A stretch of DNA of 64,000 bases from Candidatus Doudnabacteria bacterium (GTDB taxonomy: Bacteria; Patescibacteriota; Doudnabacteria; UBA920; VMFF01). The position numbers and the translations under genes were made by a program. The notes beneath the pieces are model-generated. The model saw nothing but the letters and a program-made list of their open reading frames with translations. It was not told the DNA's origin and did no database searches. Within the stretch, counting starts at the first letter, position 1. Each line of letters begins with the position of its first letter. The stretch lies in the NCBI GenBank assembly GCA_028286905.1, contig JAQBQP010000002.1, positions 383,430 through 447,429 on the forward strand. Direction: 5' to 3'. This document shows, piece after piece, positions 31,560-41,761 of the stretch.

Positions 31560-32882
31560 CTACAAATTTTCCGCTATTGTAACACTGTTGTTTTCTACCT
31601 TTATTCGACCTTTTAACAAAGTTAGCAAGCTGCGCTTTTCATCATTGCTCCCATCCCTCAATATGTATTTTGCATAAGCTCTGGTATCTATACTATCTTG
31701 ATCTAAAGGTTTGTCAGTTAACTTTAGAATGTCCTTTCTAAATTTATTGTATCTAGCAATCTCTTCTTGAAATTTATGCCGTACTCCAAGTTCGTTAATA
31801 TCTATAATGTCTATTATCTTTAACAGACCGATAATAAGATTATCTTCTCTTATATATTTGTTATGGCATATAGCGCGTTTTCCTCTGGTGCAGCCATAGT
31901 AGATATAATGCGAAACGTTACCGTCTTTTAATTGTTTAAATTTTTCTTCCGCGGTAATTCCAGATCCACAAAGACCACAGATCATAAGTCTAGTAAATGC
32001 GAACTCTCTAGTTTGCCTTGGGGCATTATCTCTCTTCATCTGTTCTTGGGTAGCAAAAAACAGATCTTTAGATATTAAAGGTTCCTGTCTTCCAGAATAA
32101 AAATTACCACTCCCCTTTGGATACTCTAAAGTTCCGTAGTAGAAATGGTTTTGTAATATATTGTATACGTTTGAAAGAGATAAGTGCTTTCCATGGATTG
32201 ACCTAAAGTTTAATTCATCTTTTAACCAATGGTGAATTCTTCTGCCGCTTAATCCTTGGTTTGCATACCTTTCAAATATTTGTTTTATAACTCCTGCCCT
32301 ATCTGGGTCGATATTAACCTCGCATTTGTGATCTATTCTTTTTTCGTTTAAGTATCCGGTTGGCGCAGTTGCTGGCCACAATCCCATTTCAACTCTTGCT
32401 CTCATCCCTCTTTTTACATTTACACTCTTATTATCGTTTTCAAGCTTTGCTTGAGAACCCAGAATCATTAACAAAAATTTTTCATTCGGGTTATTTGTAA
32501 ACCTTTGGCTAAAAGTTCTAATTTCAACTAGCTTCTTTTGATCTAACAAATCTACAAGTGCTCCAAGGTCACCAGCATTTCTACTTAGTCTATCTGGGTG
32601 CCAGACAAGAATGCCACTGAACTTACCGCTTCTAATGTTTGTGAGAAGCTGGTTATATACCGGTCTTTGACCACAATCTTTGGCTGAGTGGGATTCCCTA
32701 TAAACCTCTGCCACAGTAAGGCCATTTCGGTCCGCTACGGCAAGCATTTCCTTTACCTGGGATTCTATTGAAAGTGCTTGCTTCTCCTCAGCTTCGCTCG
32801 ATTTTCGCGCATACAGGCAATACTGGATGGTATCAGCGACCAGTTCGGTTTGTGGGCTAATATATAAAGTCTTTTCTTGCAT
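31560..32882 (-). CDS. Large serine recombinase (resolvase/invertase catalytic domain, recombinase domain and zinc ribbon)
   Basis: N-terminal YARKSSEAEE catalytic-serine motif, recombinase domain, and zinc ribbon CGLCGS...YYGCTRGKRAICHN. The likely start is the Met at 32882 (MQEKTLYIS...) inside ORF 31560-33023. Confidence 0.88.
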   Translation of the reverse strand: MQEKTLYISPQTELVADTIQYCLYARKSSEAEEKQALSIESQVKEMLAVADRNGLTVAEVYRESHSAKDCGQRPVYNQLLTNIRSGKFSGILVWHPDRLSRNAGDLGALVDLLDQKKLVEIRTFSQRFTNNPNEKFLLMILGSQAKLENDNKSVNVKRGMRARVEMGLWPATAPTGYLNEKRIDHKCEVNIDPDRAGVIKQIFERYANQGLSGRRIHHWLKDELNFRSIHGKHLSLSNVYNILQNHFYYGTLEYPKGSGNFYSGRQEPLISKDLFFATQEQMKRDNAPRQTREFAFTRLMICGLCGSGITAEEKFKQLKDGNVSHYIYYGCTRGKRAICHNKYIREDNLIIGLLKIIDIIDINELGVRHKFQEEIARYNKFRKDILKLTDKPLDQDSIDTRAYAKYILRDGSNDEKRSLLTLLKGRIKVENNSVTIAENL

Positions 32883-32904
32883 ACACACATTAAGCCGCAC
32901 ACAA

Positions 32905-32944
32905 GGATATATAGCAAGCGGGGCTATAGTGGATAAATATAGAC
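32905..32944 (+). repeat. About 31 bp conserved site, copy 1 (TATATAGCAAGCGGGGCTATAGTGGATAAATAT), between the divergent recombinase and HEPN-like genes
   Basis: 29 of 31 positions identical to 41335-41370 on the same strand. Confidence 0.7.
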
Positions 32945-32986
32945 AAAAAACTCTCTGTTTTTGCTTATATTTGTTAAAATACTGCC

Positions 32987-33754
32987 ATGAAGATAAATCC
33001 ATATTTTCGGACAACGCTAGCAAAACCTTTCCAGGGTAAATTTTTACACGAAGCAGGTGCTGAGGTAATTCTAAATATTCCTATTAATTCAAAAACAATT
33101 GGAAACTTTATCATAATGCTTCCAGATCCAGTTTCTCTAAACTTAAATAATGCCCAAGCTTTTATAGATAAGTGGGTAAAACTAAAAGAACGCATCAATA
33201 AATCAAAAAACTTCACCGTTTACAGCAGCGCTCTTTCTGAGGATGACATATCGGGTAAAAGCCAAGAACAAATAAAACACTTGGATCCTAATGCAAATTT
33301 TTATAGAACCTTAGATGAGGAAAAAGTGTTTGAGTGTATACAAAGTAGTATAGGCGTGGTTATCTCCTTAATCACTGCTATGGAAGCCTTCGTTAATGTT
33401 GTCATTCCTCATGATTACATTTTGCAGAGGACTAATAAACGAAGTGAAAAAGAAAATCTAAATAAAGATTCTATTGTAAAAAAACTATCTATTTCGGAAA
33501 AGATAATTTTAATTGCAGATATAAAAGGCAAGGCGGACTTGAAAGAACAAGTATTCTGGTCAACTTTTCACGAAGTAAAAAAATTGAGAAATGATATTAT
33601 TCATTTCAAAAAAACTGACGCTAACATAAATAATATGTGGGCTCCTATAATTATCGGTTTCCTAGATTCCGATTTACAGAAATTTTTTGATCACTTCGTA
33701 ATTATGATTGATTATCTTCACTCTGGTTATTTAGATACTAAAACTAATATCTAG
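32987..33754 (+). CDS. HEPN-like (Abi-type) hypothetical protein
   Basis: 255 aa, predicted all-alpha, with an Rx4H motif KKLRNDIIHFK near the C-terminus; divergent from the recombinase. The start may instead be the internal Met at about 33114. Confidence 0.5.
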   Translation: MKINPYFRTTLAKPFQGKFLHEAGAEVILNIPINSKTIGNFIIMLPDPVSLNLNNAQAFIDKWVKLKERINKSKNFTVYSSALSEDDISGKSQEQIKHLDPNANFYRTLDEEKVFECIQSSIGVVISLITAMEAFVNVVIPHDYILQRTNKRSEKENLNKDSIVKKLSISEKIILIADIKGKADLKEQVFWSTFHEVKKLRNDIIHFKKTDANINNMWAPIIIGFLDSDLQKFFDHFVIMIDYLHSGYLDTKTNI

Positions 33755-33759
33755 GGTTT

Positions 33760-34230
33760 CTAATCTAAATAACCCCCGTGCTTATCTCTAAAATCTTTGG
33801 GAATTAATTTATCAGCGCTTCTTAAAGACCTGTAGTGATAGACTACACCCATCACTATAACCACTGTGGTTATAGTGATGGTGAGCATCAAACTTATCTT
33901 CAATGGATAAACTACAGCCAAAGCTTGTCCTATAAAACCTAAGATTAAAAAAGTAAAACCAAAGTAACTACTTAGACGTGTTTCATGTTCGGAAGCTTTT
34001 GCGTACGGGTTTTCATCAAAAAAAGTATCTGCTTTTAACTTACTTACTCTTGAAGAAGTAATAATGATGCTTTTTACCAACCAAAAAGATCCATACACGT
34101 CTAATATTAAGCCTAGGAATGATATAGAATATTGTTTAGATATAATTTGAACTAAAGTACTCATAGCGAATCGTCGATTATACGGGCCGTTCTTCTTCAC
34201 TGAGATCTTATATTTTTTTCTGATGTTCAA
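33760..34230 (-). CDS. Hypothetical membrane protein (3-4 transmembrane helices)
   Basis: 156 aa hydrophobic ORF with no recognisable motif. Confidence 0.45.
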   Translation of the reverse strand: MNIRKKYKISVKKNGPYNRRFAMSTLVQIISKQYSISFLGLILDVYGSFWLVKSIIITSSRVSKLKADTFFDENPYAKASEHETRLSSYFGFTFLILGFIGQALAVVYPLKISLMLTITITTVVIVMGVVYHYRSLRSADKLIPKDFRDKHGGYLD

Positions 34231-34479
34231 TCAGTTGATTGTTTAGCATAGTTTTTGTTAATCACCCTTGGATTGTTCGAAATCTAGCACAAAACCAGCG
34301 TGACCAACTATTTGGACAGCTTTCTCGTAAAATTCTATAGCTTTTGTGTTAAGAGCATATTTTATTCTGATGGCTAATTTCAAAGAATTCTCAAAGGTAA
34401 AATAAATACCAAATATTTTAGTTTGTATTTATTTTCTGTGCCTTGATCTTAGGACCCGCAACTGTTTCTACCAACACCA

Positions 34480-34794
34480 TTAATCAAGAGTATTTTTCTT
34501 CACAAATACACCTTCTATCCCATCGTACAACATGTGTAATTTGCCGTCATTAGTTAGTTTTATTTTGGTTCGCTCTTCTCTCGGAGCCGAAGGTTGATTG
34601 GTTACCAAATAATCTCCTTCTATTTGATAAGTTAGAAAAATATACTGATTTTTATCACCTTCTGACGTGGAGTAGGTCAATTTGCCATCTGCTTGAAAGT
34701 TCATTGTCACATCACCAAATTTATTATAGGCTTTCTTATTATCGCCATCCGGTGCTAGTACCCATATACCAATAATTTGTGTTTGTGTATCCAT
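34480..34794 (-). CDS. Small protein immediately downstream of RHS-1; candidate cognate immunity protein
   Basis: 104 aa; its ATG lies 1 nt after the RHS-1 stop; predicted soluble beta-rich protein. Confidence 0.55.
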   Translation of the reverse strand: MDTQTQIIGIWVLAPDGDNKKAYNKFGDVTMNFQADGKLTYSTSEGDKNQYIFLTYQIEGDYLVTNQPSAPREERTKIKLTNDGKLHMLYDGIEGVFVKKNTLD

Positions 34795-34795
34795 A

Positions 34796-37700
34796 TTATT
34801 TATCCTTATCTCTTATAACATTTACTATGTAATTTTGAAAAGTTTTTAAGTAGTAATCCTTAGCTCTTTGAGAGGGGGTATAGCGCGAATTTCCGGTTTT
34901 AGTTTCTACTCCACCTAAAAGATTTCCTTTTTGATCCTTAACTTCTATATCTATCACTCTCTTACCTAAGAAAGTATCTTTTGTAACTTCTTTTTGAACT
35001 AACCTACCATCATTTTGCAATTGATTAGCGACGGTATCTCTAAATGCATCTCCCTTTGCCTTGTTTAATAATACATTAGCCTGTGGTACTTCGCTAACTG
35101 TATTGCTTTCAGATTGTAAACGTTGCCACGCTGATATTCCTGCTACGGTAGGAATTGCTGCTAATATATCCACTACCGCCAATGGTGCATCACCCACAAT
35201 AGCCGGAGCTAGCGGATGATCCATTAACCAATGCGCGCTAGAACTAGAACTATACCAATTATTTGCGTTGTTTCCAACATTTATAACAGCACCGTTCCAA
35301 GCGGCAGCGATTGACCACCTACCTGTGGGGTCTCTAAATAACAATGGGTTATTCCTACCATAACTATAACTATTCAAGCTCTGGGGGTCAGCTAAATAAC
35401 TTTGAGTGTCACTTCCGATCATCGCCATGAGAAGGCTTGTATTTCCCAAGGCCAAAAATGCAGAATCTTCGCTTACAAATCTCCCTATGATCGAATCGTA
35501 ATATCTTGCATTCATATAGTTCAAACCACTATCAGTATCCAACTCAGATCCTGCGTACTGACGTTGATCGCCATACGAACCAGCCTTTTGGTCTATCCTT
35601 ACTGACCCGAACGGTAAATAGTCTAGTAGTTCTTCCTGAACATCAGATGAGTTGGTGGTTATATTAGACCCTGTTAGATTATCCGTAGCTGTGGAATGAA
35701 CAACAGCACTTACTCCTGTACCAGTTACAGTTGCGATCTCAACTCCATTGGCGAAAATATGTTTAGTTTTAATAGTACCATCTGTGTTATAGGAACTCGA
35801 CGGGTAAACAGTGGTTGAGGAGCCTTTTGTGTAAGTTACTCGCTGACCCGTTGGGTCATATTTAAAGGTAACTGTATTTGACCCAGCGACTGTTTGGGTA
35901 ATCCGATTATTATAATCCCAAGTATTTGTATAAGAGGTACCTTTGGTTAACATGTTCCCATTATTATCATAGGTCAATGTCGCAGAACCAATAGTTGTCG
36001 CGGCGTTAGGGTTTGCATAGTTGCTGCCAGTATTTCCTGCATATGTGTAAGAGCCCGGTCCCGTTTTGCTAGTAATATTCCCTATCGCATCATACGCATA
36101 ATTTTCTGTGTATGTTGATTGCCCAGATGCTACGCCAGTTGCCGTAGCTGAGGTTAAGCGATTTAAATCGTCATAGACATACGCAACAGTTTTACTAGAG
36201 TTGGTTCCGGAAGCATCTACGATCTGAGTAATGTTTCCATTATTATCATAAGTATAAGCCAAATCCTGTCCATGCACAGAACTTGCGATCGTCGTAACTT
36301 TATTAGTTAACCGGTAAAGCTTTGTAGCATCGTATGTGTTAGTTGTACTCATACCATTTGCATACGTTGCCGTAGTAACTTGCTCTACCGGGGAATAATC
36401 ATAATTTGAAACCACATTGATAAAACTGGCATCTGTAGATTCTTTTCTTTGCACAGAATTAAGCAGTCCTCCTGTATTAAAGACGTACTGTATCTGTGAA
36501 GAATCAGGATTTGTAATTGTCAGTTGGTTACCCTGGCGATCATAGGTATCGCTAGTAAGATAGGTTGTCGAATTAATAACTTTACTTTCACTCTTTAATC
36601 CCCCGTTCGGGTTATATGTATTTGTTTGGGTAACACTTGCACTCGTAGTACCAGTTAGATGACCCTTACCATCTGTTCCTGAGTCATATGTATTAGTTAC
36701 TTCTGTTCCCGCAGCTCCTGTATAGTCCTCTGTTAGCTGACGGTTGATGTCATCATAGGTATAGTTAACGGTCTGACTCTTCGGATCTACAACCTGGGTT
36801 ATATTTCCCGTATCGTCGTAGGTATACGCCCAACTTCCGTAGGTCGAATCAGCTGACGCGTGTAGGTCTTGCGCAGTTAATCGCCTACCTAAACCATCAT
36901 AAGTAAAGTTTCTCACATTGCTCAATGCATCGGTAATGTTTGTAAGATTATTATTAAGATTCCAAGTGTACGTAGTTGTATAGGTTGAAGCAGAATTGTT
37001 TTCTTCTACCTTTATCAAATTACCATAAGCGTCCTTGTATAGATTTTTTGTCTTACTACGTGGGTCGGTAATAGTAACTTTAAAGCCAAAATAACTATTA
37101 CTTGTTGTTCCAACATTATTTTGCTGAGTTAAGATTCGATCTAAAGGATCGTAAGTATAAGTTATAAATAGACTCGTAGTACTAGTTGGCGAGGTCTTAC
37201 TTGAACCGCTGCTTGCATATGGCAAGGATTCTTGCGACAAGCGACCCGCTGTATCATATACATAATCCTTGGTCGTAAATGATCCTGATGTTTCAGTTTC
37301 TTTGCGCGTCTGTAACAATCGACCTCGACCATCGAAATACTGGTATGTATCGACTCCGTTACTACCGTCTAGATAATCTGTGCGTTGAACAGAAAGAGCT
37401 CCAGAAGTATCCGTATAAACATAAGTAGTCTTAGTCACGGAAGAACCACTAGAAGGATCGGGCATCTTCTCTTCAATCAAGCGACCAAATCCATCATAAT
37501 TTGTTGTCCAAACTCTGCTATTTGGATCCGTCATTGTTGCAACCTTGCCATTCAAGTAATTGTAAGTGTAAGTAGTTGCTTGAGTTAATGGGTTTGTAAC
37601 AGTTGCTGGATAAAGATTATTAATGTCATAAGCATAGGTCGTCACTTTACCTCGTGGATCTGTGGAGGTAGCGACGGTACCATTTGAGTTGTATGTTTTT

Positions 37701-40700
37701 TGAGAATTTATATAAGTAGCGCCTGTTTTCCACTGTTCAATTTTTGTTAGATTACCAACACTAACAGAGCCATAGGCAAGGGTATCAAAGTAATATTTAG
37801 ATTCGTTAACTTTTGCTGCAGATGTATCTGTAACGGTAATATCCTTTGGCACAGTTACGTTAGTTGTGCTATTTGTTGCATAGGCATAAGTTGTAACCTT
37901 TTTATCAGAACCCATGTCTGTAAATGTCCCATCCGTAGCGCCTGTGACCTGACCCCAATCCGTTTGAGTAGCTAAAGTACCATCTGCATTATTATAGGTG
38001 TACTCTGTGGCAGTATCAGTATGGGTAGAGGTTCCATCGTATTGCTCTACAACATCTTTTAATTTTCTTACGAAATCTCTGCCTGTAGCAATATTGTATT
38101 TATCCCATATATCAATCGAACGATTATACAGATTATTAGATAAATCAAAGCGTTCCGATCGATACGCTAAACCAATTTTAGAAACATCATCGTTAGCTTC
38201 GTAGCTTGCTGAGTCATTTGAATCGCCTTGATGATAATAAGTAACTGTTTTACCTGAGGGGTCTGTTGCGGTTACAGTTTGAAAACCGGCAAATTTCTTT
38301 CCTGTATCCAAAGAGTAATAATTTCTGCCATTTACATAATCGTATTGAGTTACTTCATTTGAACCTACGTCAGGAACTACGGTCATTTGCTGAACAACAA
38401 GTTTGGTTTCTCCAATGGTATTGGGTTCATCTTGTTTGCCAATAATAGCAACTTGCTTATAATCGACATTCGTAGTTACACCTCTATTTGAGATAGAACT
38501 AATTAGATCGCTTTTTTTGCCTTGAGTAATATAACCCTTGCTATCTAAAGAACCATAGTTATATATATAATCTATAGCTATGCCGTCAGCATATAAATAA
38601 TCAATTACACCATCGCCATTCAAATCGTATGGCCTAGCGCGATCACCATAGCGAGCCGAAAATTTATCAGATGGAATAATGTAAGTTGACGCTGTATCTT
38701 GTATTAAATTAGTTCCAGTATTTTTATATACATTGGAGTCAATGATGTCGGGTAAATTATCAGCATTAGCATCTATAATTCTTGAAGGGCCGTCAGTTGT
38801 TTCATTGCTTGCCAAAGTATTAGCTACAAAAGCAAATGTTCTATGATCACCGTTTGGACCTGTATATAAATCAGGCATCGCCCAATCAGTTGAAGGTGTA
38901 TTACGATACCATCCATGCCCATTATTAATGTAAACAGCAGTGTCTGTATTCGTAGCTGGAACTCCGCCCGAACCCCTAATTGCATCTGCCAAAACAATAT
39001 CAACTAATCCGTCGTTATTTATATCGCTATACTGAAAATCATTAGAACCATTATCTATATTAGGTATCTCAAAACAAGGGTCATAGACCCAACCACTTCC
39101 TGTATTTCTGAAGTAACCTCCGCGAGCTTGCCCAGAACAGACACTAGCTGCCTCTATATTAGGATCAATAATATCTGGTAGACCATCGCCGTTAACATCT
39201 ATTAAATCAGCGTGAAAATTAATTGGCGCTACATTAGATACATTGTTCGGAGCTGAGTAACTAGTAAAAGAACTAGGATATGTTGGTAAACGCCATCCCG
39301 TGGGAGTACTCCAACCTGTCCCTGTATTTATAAATACAGTAGCATTTTTCTCATAACAGCTGGTTCCAGAATTATCCATACATCCCGTTGCGTATACCAC
39401 GTCCATCAAACCATCCCCATTAACATCAGAAAAACGTACAGGATTACCAGTAACACCACCAGAAGCCACAATTTGCTCAAATCTAATAGTAGACGCTGGA
39501 CCCGAACTTGGAGTATATACATTAGGAAGTTGCCAAGCTGAATCATAAGCCCAGCCATGGGTATTATTAATAAATACAGCCGCAGTATTCCAATAACAAC
39601 TGGTAACGGCTCCAATACAACCCCCTCCGGTCACGACATCTTGTAACCCATCGCCATTTAAATCCACAAACTTAGTAGAAGCCGGTTGGATTATAAAGGT
39701 ATAATCACTTCCATTATTACTGTAGAGGGTAGGAAAGTCTGTAGAAGAAGCGTAAGACCACCCAGAGCCACTATTGTTCTGAAGTTGCGGTGGAATATCC
39801 GAAGGGCCACCTTTCCAAGCTAAATATTTACTTCCGTCGCTATTGATTATGTCCGGCAAACCATCATCATTGGCATCTAAGACATCCGTGTATGTATTAG
39901 TTCCGTAACTAGGAAAATTTAAAGTAGGAGGGGTACGTGATGCCCCAGACCATGTATTTTGAAAAGTTGGAAGCTGCCAATTTGCAAGACTATTGGTTCC
40001 TTGCGCCGCTGCTTGATATGAGAAAGTAATCGCCGGCTGCGATACTTCTGATCCTGAAGTTGGATCTTTTGCTTTTTGGGTTATAGAAGAAAGTAGCGAT
40101 CTGTATCCGTTTACTCCCGTAGTGTAAGCAAGCGCAACGCGACTCTGCCATACTGAGCTTATCTTTGTTTCAATCAAATTTATTCGGTAATTAGTTGAGA
40201 CAGCAAATCCAGCGAAGTACTTGTTAAACCCACCTGTAGAAGATTCTCTTGAAAAATCTATTTCATAAATAGATCCATATGTTATTGCACTAGGATATAT
40301 CTGCCCCGCGTCTTTGTAATACGTATAATTGATGGTGTTTCCATTTGCATCAGTAACACTAGTTAAATACCATCTGAAAATATGAGTGCTGTCACTTGGG
40401 TCATCTTGACGAGTTGCTGCACTGCTCCCAAAAACATAAACAGTCCCTGACTTATCTGTTACTGTCCACGCACTGCTTGAGAAATCGTATTTTCTAAAAT
40501 CTCCTCGCTCTACTTTGGCAGCATAGGAATTACCAGAAATAAAGGTTAAATCATCATCAAGGGAAGAATAATAATCTTTATAGGTACTGTTATATAAATC
40601 TCCGCTTCCATGTTTATTTTCTCTCTCAATGTAAGGTATGTCTAAGCTCCAACCATAGCCAACAATCGAATCATCTCGTAAGTTTTGACTATTATAAGAA

Positions 40701-41245
40701 ATGTTAATACTTGGTGTGAGATTATTCCTGCCTGGAGGAACAACTACCGGATAAGAATAATGCAGAGCTCCCGTGTTACCTAAAACAGATGCCTTTTGAT
40801 TTGATAAGGCCTGCTGTGAATAAACAAGTTTTTGGTCTCCTGTTTCCCCTCCTGTGCTACCTACTCCAGAAGCGTTAGAAACTATTCCACCGGAAGTAGT
40901 TTTAGGAGTTTTCGTTTTAACCTTAGTGCCATTTTTAGCTTCTTCTTTTTCAATTTCTTTTTCTTGTCTCGCGGACACTTCCTGTTCATAAGGAGATTTA
41001 ATCGCGCCTCCCTGAGTAGGGTCATCGTACCCAGAGCTAGTAGACGTATCAGGTGGAATAGATGTAGGGGTAGTAGATAAAGAAGTACTACTGGTGGAGG
41101 AATCCGCTGTGGGCGTAGCAGAACTATCCACAGTGCTAGCTGCTGGTTCATCAGCAAAAACTGGAGCTAGTGGAGTTAAAACAAATAAAAAAGCTAACAG
41201 CACACCTGTTAACTTGCGAACAAAAGCTCCACGAAAAATTTTCAT
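34796..41245 (-). CDS. Giant RHS/YD-repeat polymorphic toxin-like secreted protein (RHS-1)
   Basis: 2149 aa with a signal peptide, a Thr/Ser/Pro-rich linker, FG-GAP/VCBS-like DxNGDGxxD repeats, long YD repeats and the RHS core ending at DPTGRW (DPxG autoproteolysis motif). A divergent roughly 190 aa C-terminal tip containing ...GKRVIDIEVKD... follows. Confidence 0.9.
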   Translation of the reverse strand: MKIFRGAFVRKLTGVLLAFLFVLTPLAPVFADEPAASTVDSSATPTADSSTSSTSLSTTPTSIPPDTSTSSGYDDPTQGGAIKSPYEQEVSARQEKEIEKEEAKNGTKVKTKTPKTTSGGIVSNASGVGSTGGETGDQKLVYSQQALSNQKASVLGNTGALHYSYPVVVPPGRNNLTPSINISYNSQNLRDDSIVGYGWSLDIPYIERENKHGSGDLYNSTYKDYYSSLDDDLTFISGNSYAAKVERGDFRKYDFSSSAWTVTDKSGTVYVFGSSAATRQDDPSDSTHIFRWYLTSVTDANGNTINYTYYKDAGQIYPSAITYGSIYEIDFSRESSTGGFNKYFAGFAVSTNYRINLIETKISSVWQSRVALAYTTGVNGYRSLLSSITQKAKDPTSGSEVSQPAITFSYQAAAQGTNSLANWQLPTFQNTWSGASRTPPTLNFPSYGTNTYTDVLDANDDGLPDIINSDGSKYLAWKGGPSDIPPQLQNNSGSGWSYASSTDFPTLYSNNGSDYTFIIQPASTKFVDLNGDGLQDVVTGGGCIGAVTSCYWNTAAVFINNTHGWAYDSAWQLPNVYTPSSGPASTIRFEQIVASGGVTGNPVRFSDVNGDGLMDVVYATGCMDNSGTSCYEKNATVFINTGTGWSTPTGWRLPTYPSSFTSYSAPNNVSNVAPINFHADLIDVNGDGLPDIIDPNIEAASVCSGQARGGYFRNTGSGWVYDPCFEIPNIDNGSNDFQYSDINNDGLVDIVLADAIRGSGGVPATNTDTAVYINNGHGWYRNTPSTDWAMPDLYTGPNGDHRTFAFVANTLASNETTDGPSRIIDANADNLPDIIDSNVYKNTGTNLIQDTASTYIIPSDKFSARYGDRARPYDLNGDGVIDYLYADGIAIDYIYNYGSLDSKGYITQGKKSDLISSISNRGVTTNVDYKQVAIIGKQDEPNTIGETKLVVQQMTVVPDVGSNEVTQYDYVNGRNYYSLDTGKKFAGFQTVTATDPSGKTVTYYHQGDSNDSASYEANDDVSKIGLAYRSERFDLSNNLYNRSIDIWDKYNIATGRDFVRKLKDVVEQYDGTSTHTDTATEYTYNNADGTLATQTDWGQVTGATDGTFTDMGSDKKVTTYAYATNSTTNVTVPKDITVTDTSAAKVNESKYYFDTLAYGSVSVGNLTKIEQWKTGATYINSQKTYNSNGTVATSTDPRGKVTTYAYDINNLYPATVTNPLTQATTYTYNYLNGKVATMTDPNSRVWTTNYDGFGRLIEEKMPDPSSGSSVTKTTYVYTDTSGALSVQRTDYLDGSNGVDTYQYFDGRGRLLQTRKETETSGSFTTKDYVYDTAGRLSQESLPYASSGSSKTSPTSTTSLFITYTYDPLDRILTQQNNVGTTSNSYFGFKVTITDPRSKTKNLYKDAYGNLIKVEENNSASTYTTTYTWNLNNNLTNITDALSNVRNFTYDGLGRRLTAQDLHASADSTYGSWAYTYDDTGNITQVVDPKSQTVNYTYDDINRQLTEDYTGAAGTEVTNTYDSGTDGKGHLTGTTSASVTQTNTYNPNGGLKSESKVINSTTYLTSDTYDRQGNQLTITNPDSSQIQYVFNTGGLLNSVQRKESTDASFINVVSNYDYSPVEQVTTATYANGMSTTNTYDATKLYRLTNKVTTIASSVHGQDLAYTYDNNGNITQIVDASGTNSSKTVAYVYDDLNRLTSATATGVASGQSTYTENYAYDAIGNITSKTGPGSYTYAGNTGSNYANPNAATTIGSATLTYDNNGNMLTKGTSYTNTWDYNNRITQTVAGSNTVTFKYDPTGQRVTYTKGSSTTVYPSSSYNTDGTIKTKHIFANGVEIATVTGTGVSAVVHSTATDNLTGSNITTNSSDVQEELLDYLPFGSVRIDQKAGSYGDQRQYAGSELDTDSGLNYMNARYYDSIIGRFVSEDSAFLALGNTSLLMAMIGSDTQSYLADPQSLNSYSYGRNNPLLFRDPTGRWSIAAAWNGAVINVGNNANNWYSSSSSAHWLMDHPLAPAIVGDAPLAVVDILAAIPTVAGISAWQRLQSESNTVSEVPQANVLLNKAKGDAFRDTVANQLQNDGRLVQKEVTKDTFLGKRVIDIEVKDQKGNLLGGVETKTGNSRYTPSQRAKDYYLKTFQNYIVNVIRDKDK

Positions 41246-41334
41246 GTAAATTTATTTAATTGCTATTTCTTTAAAAATATACTCTTCGTAATTGCTTGTC
41301 AAAGAATTTAATAAATATTTAACAATTTCTTAAT

Positions 41335-41370
41335 ATCTATATAGCAAGTGGGTCTATAGTGGATAACTAT
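41335..41370 (+). repeat. About 31 bp conserved site, copy 2 (TATATAGCAAGTGGGTCTATAGTGGATAACTAT)
   Basis: Direct-orientation near-identical copy of 32905-32944, upstream of RHS-1 and of ORF 41400. Confidence 0.7.
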
Positions 41371-41399
41371 TAGGTTGAACAAAAGAATCCAATCAAAAC

Positions 41400-41741
41400 T
41401 TGGAAATCGGCAAAGAAGAAAAGGATGAAAATTTATTTTCACCCGACCCAACAGATGCCAATCTTGCATTGGCTTGGCTGAGGATTGAAGTTGAAAAAAG
41501 AATCCGTAAAATTGCTGAAATAAATGATGTAAAAGATACAAACCGAGGTGTTTCGCTTTTATTACACCAATTAGTTTTAAAAGGGTTTTTTGATGAAAGT
41601 ACGACTAGTGGCTTGGCTAATCTATTAAGTATTTTAAACGGTGTTCAGGCCATAACAAAAGGCAATCAATTGATAGGTATTCTGAATGCTAAAATACGTT
41701 TTGAAAGCAAGAAAAAGATTGCTGCAATAATTTCTGCTTGA
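41400..41741 (+). CDS. Hypothetical small ORF (TTG start, no in-frame ATG)
   Basis: 113 aa ORF between the two RHS genes on the opposite strand. It depends on a TTG start, and its upstream region carries copy 2 of the 31 bp site. Confidence 0.2.
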   Translation: MEIGKEEKDENLFSPDPTDANLALAWLRIEVEKRIRKIAEINDVKDTNRGVSLLLHQLVLKGFFDESTTSGLANLLSILNGVQAITKGNQLIGILNAKIRFESKKKIAAIISA

Positions 41742-41761
41742 TTGTTTTACCCTAGTTGGTG

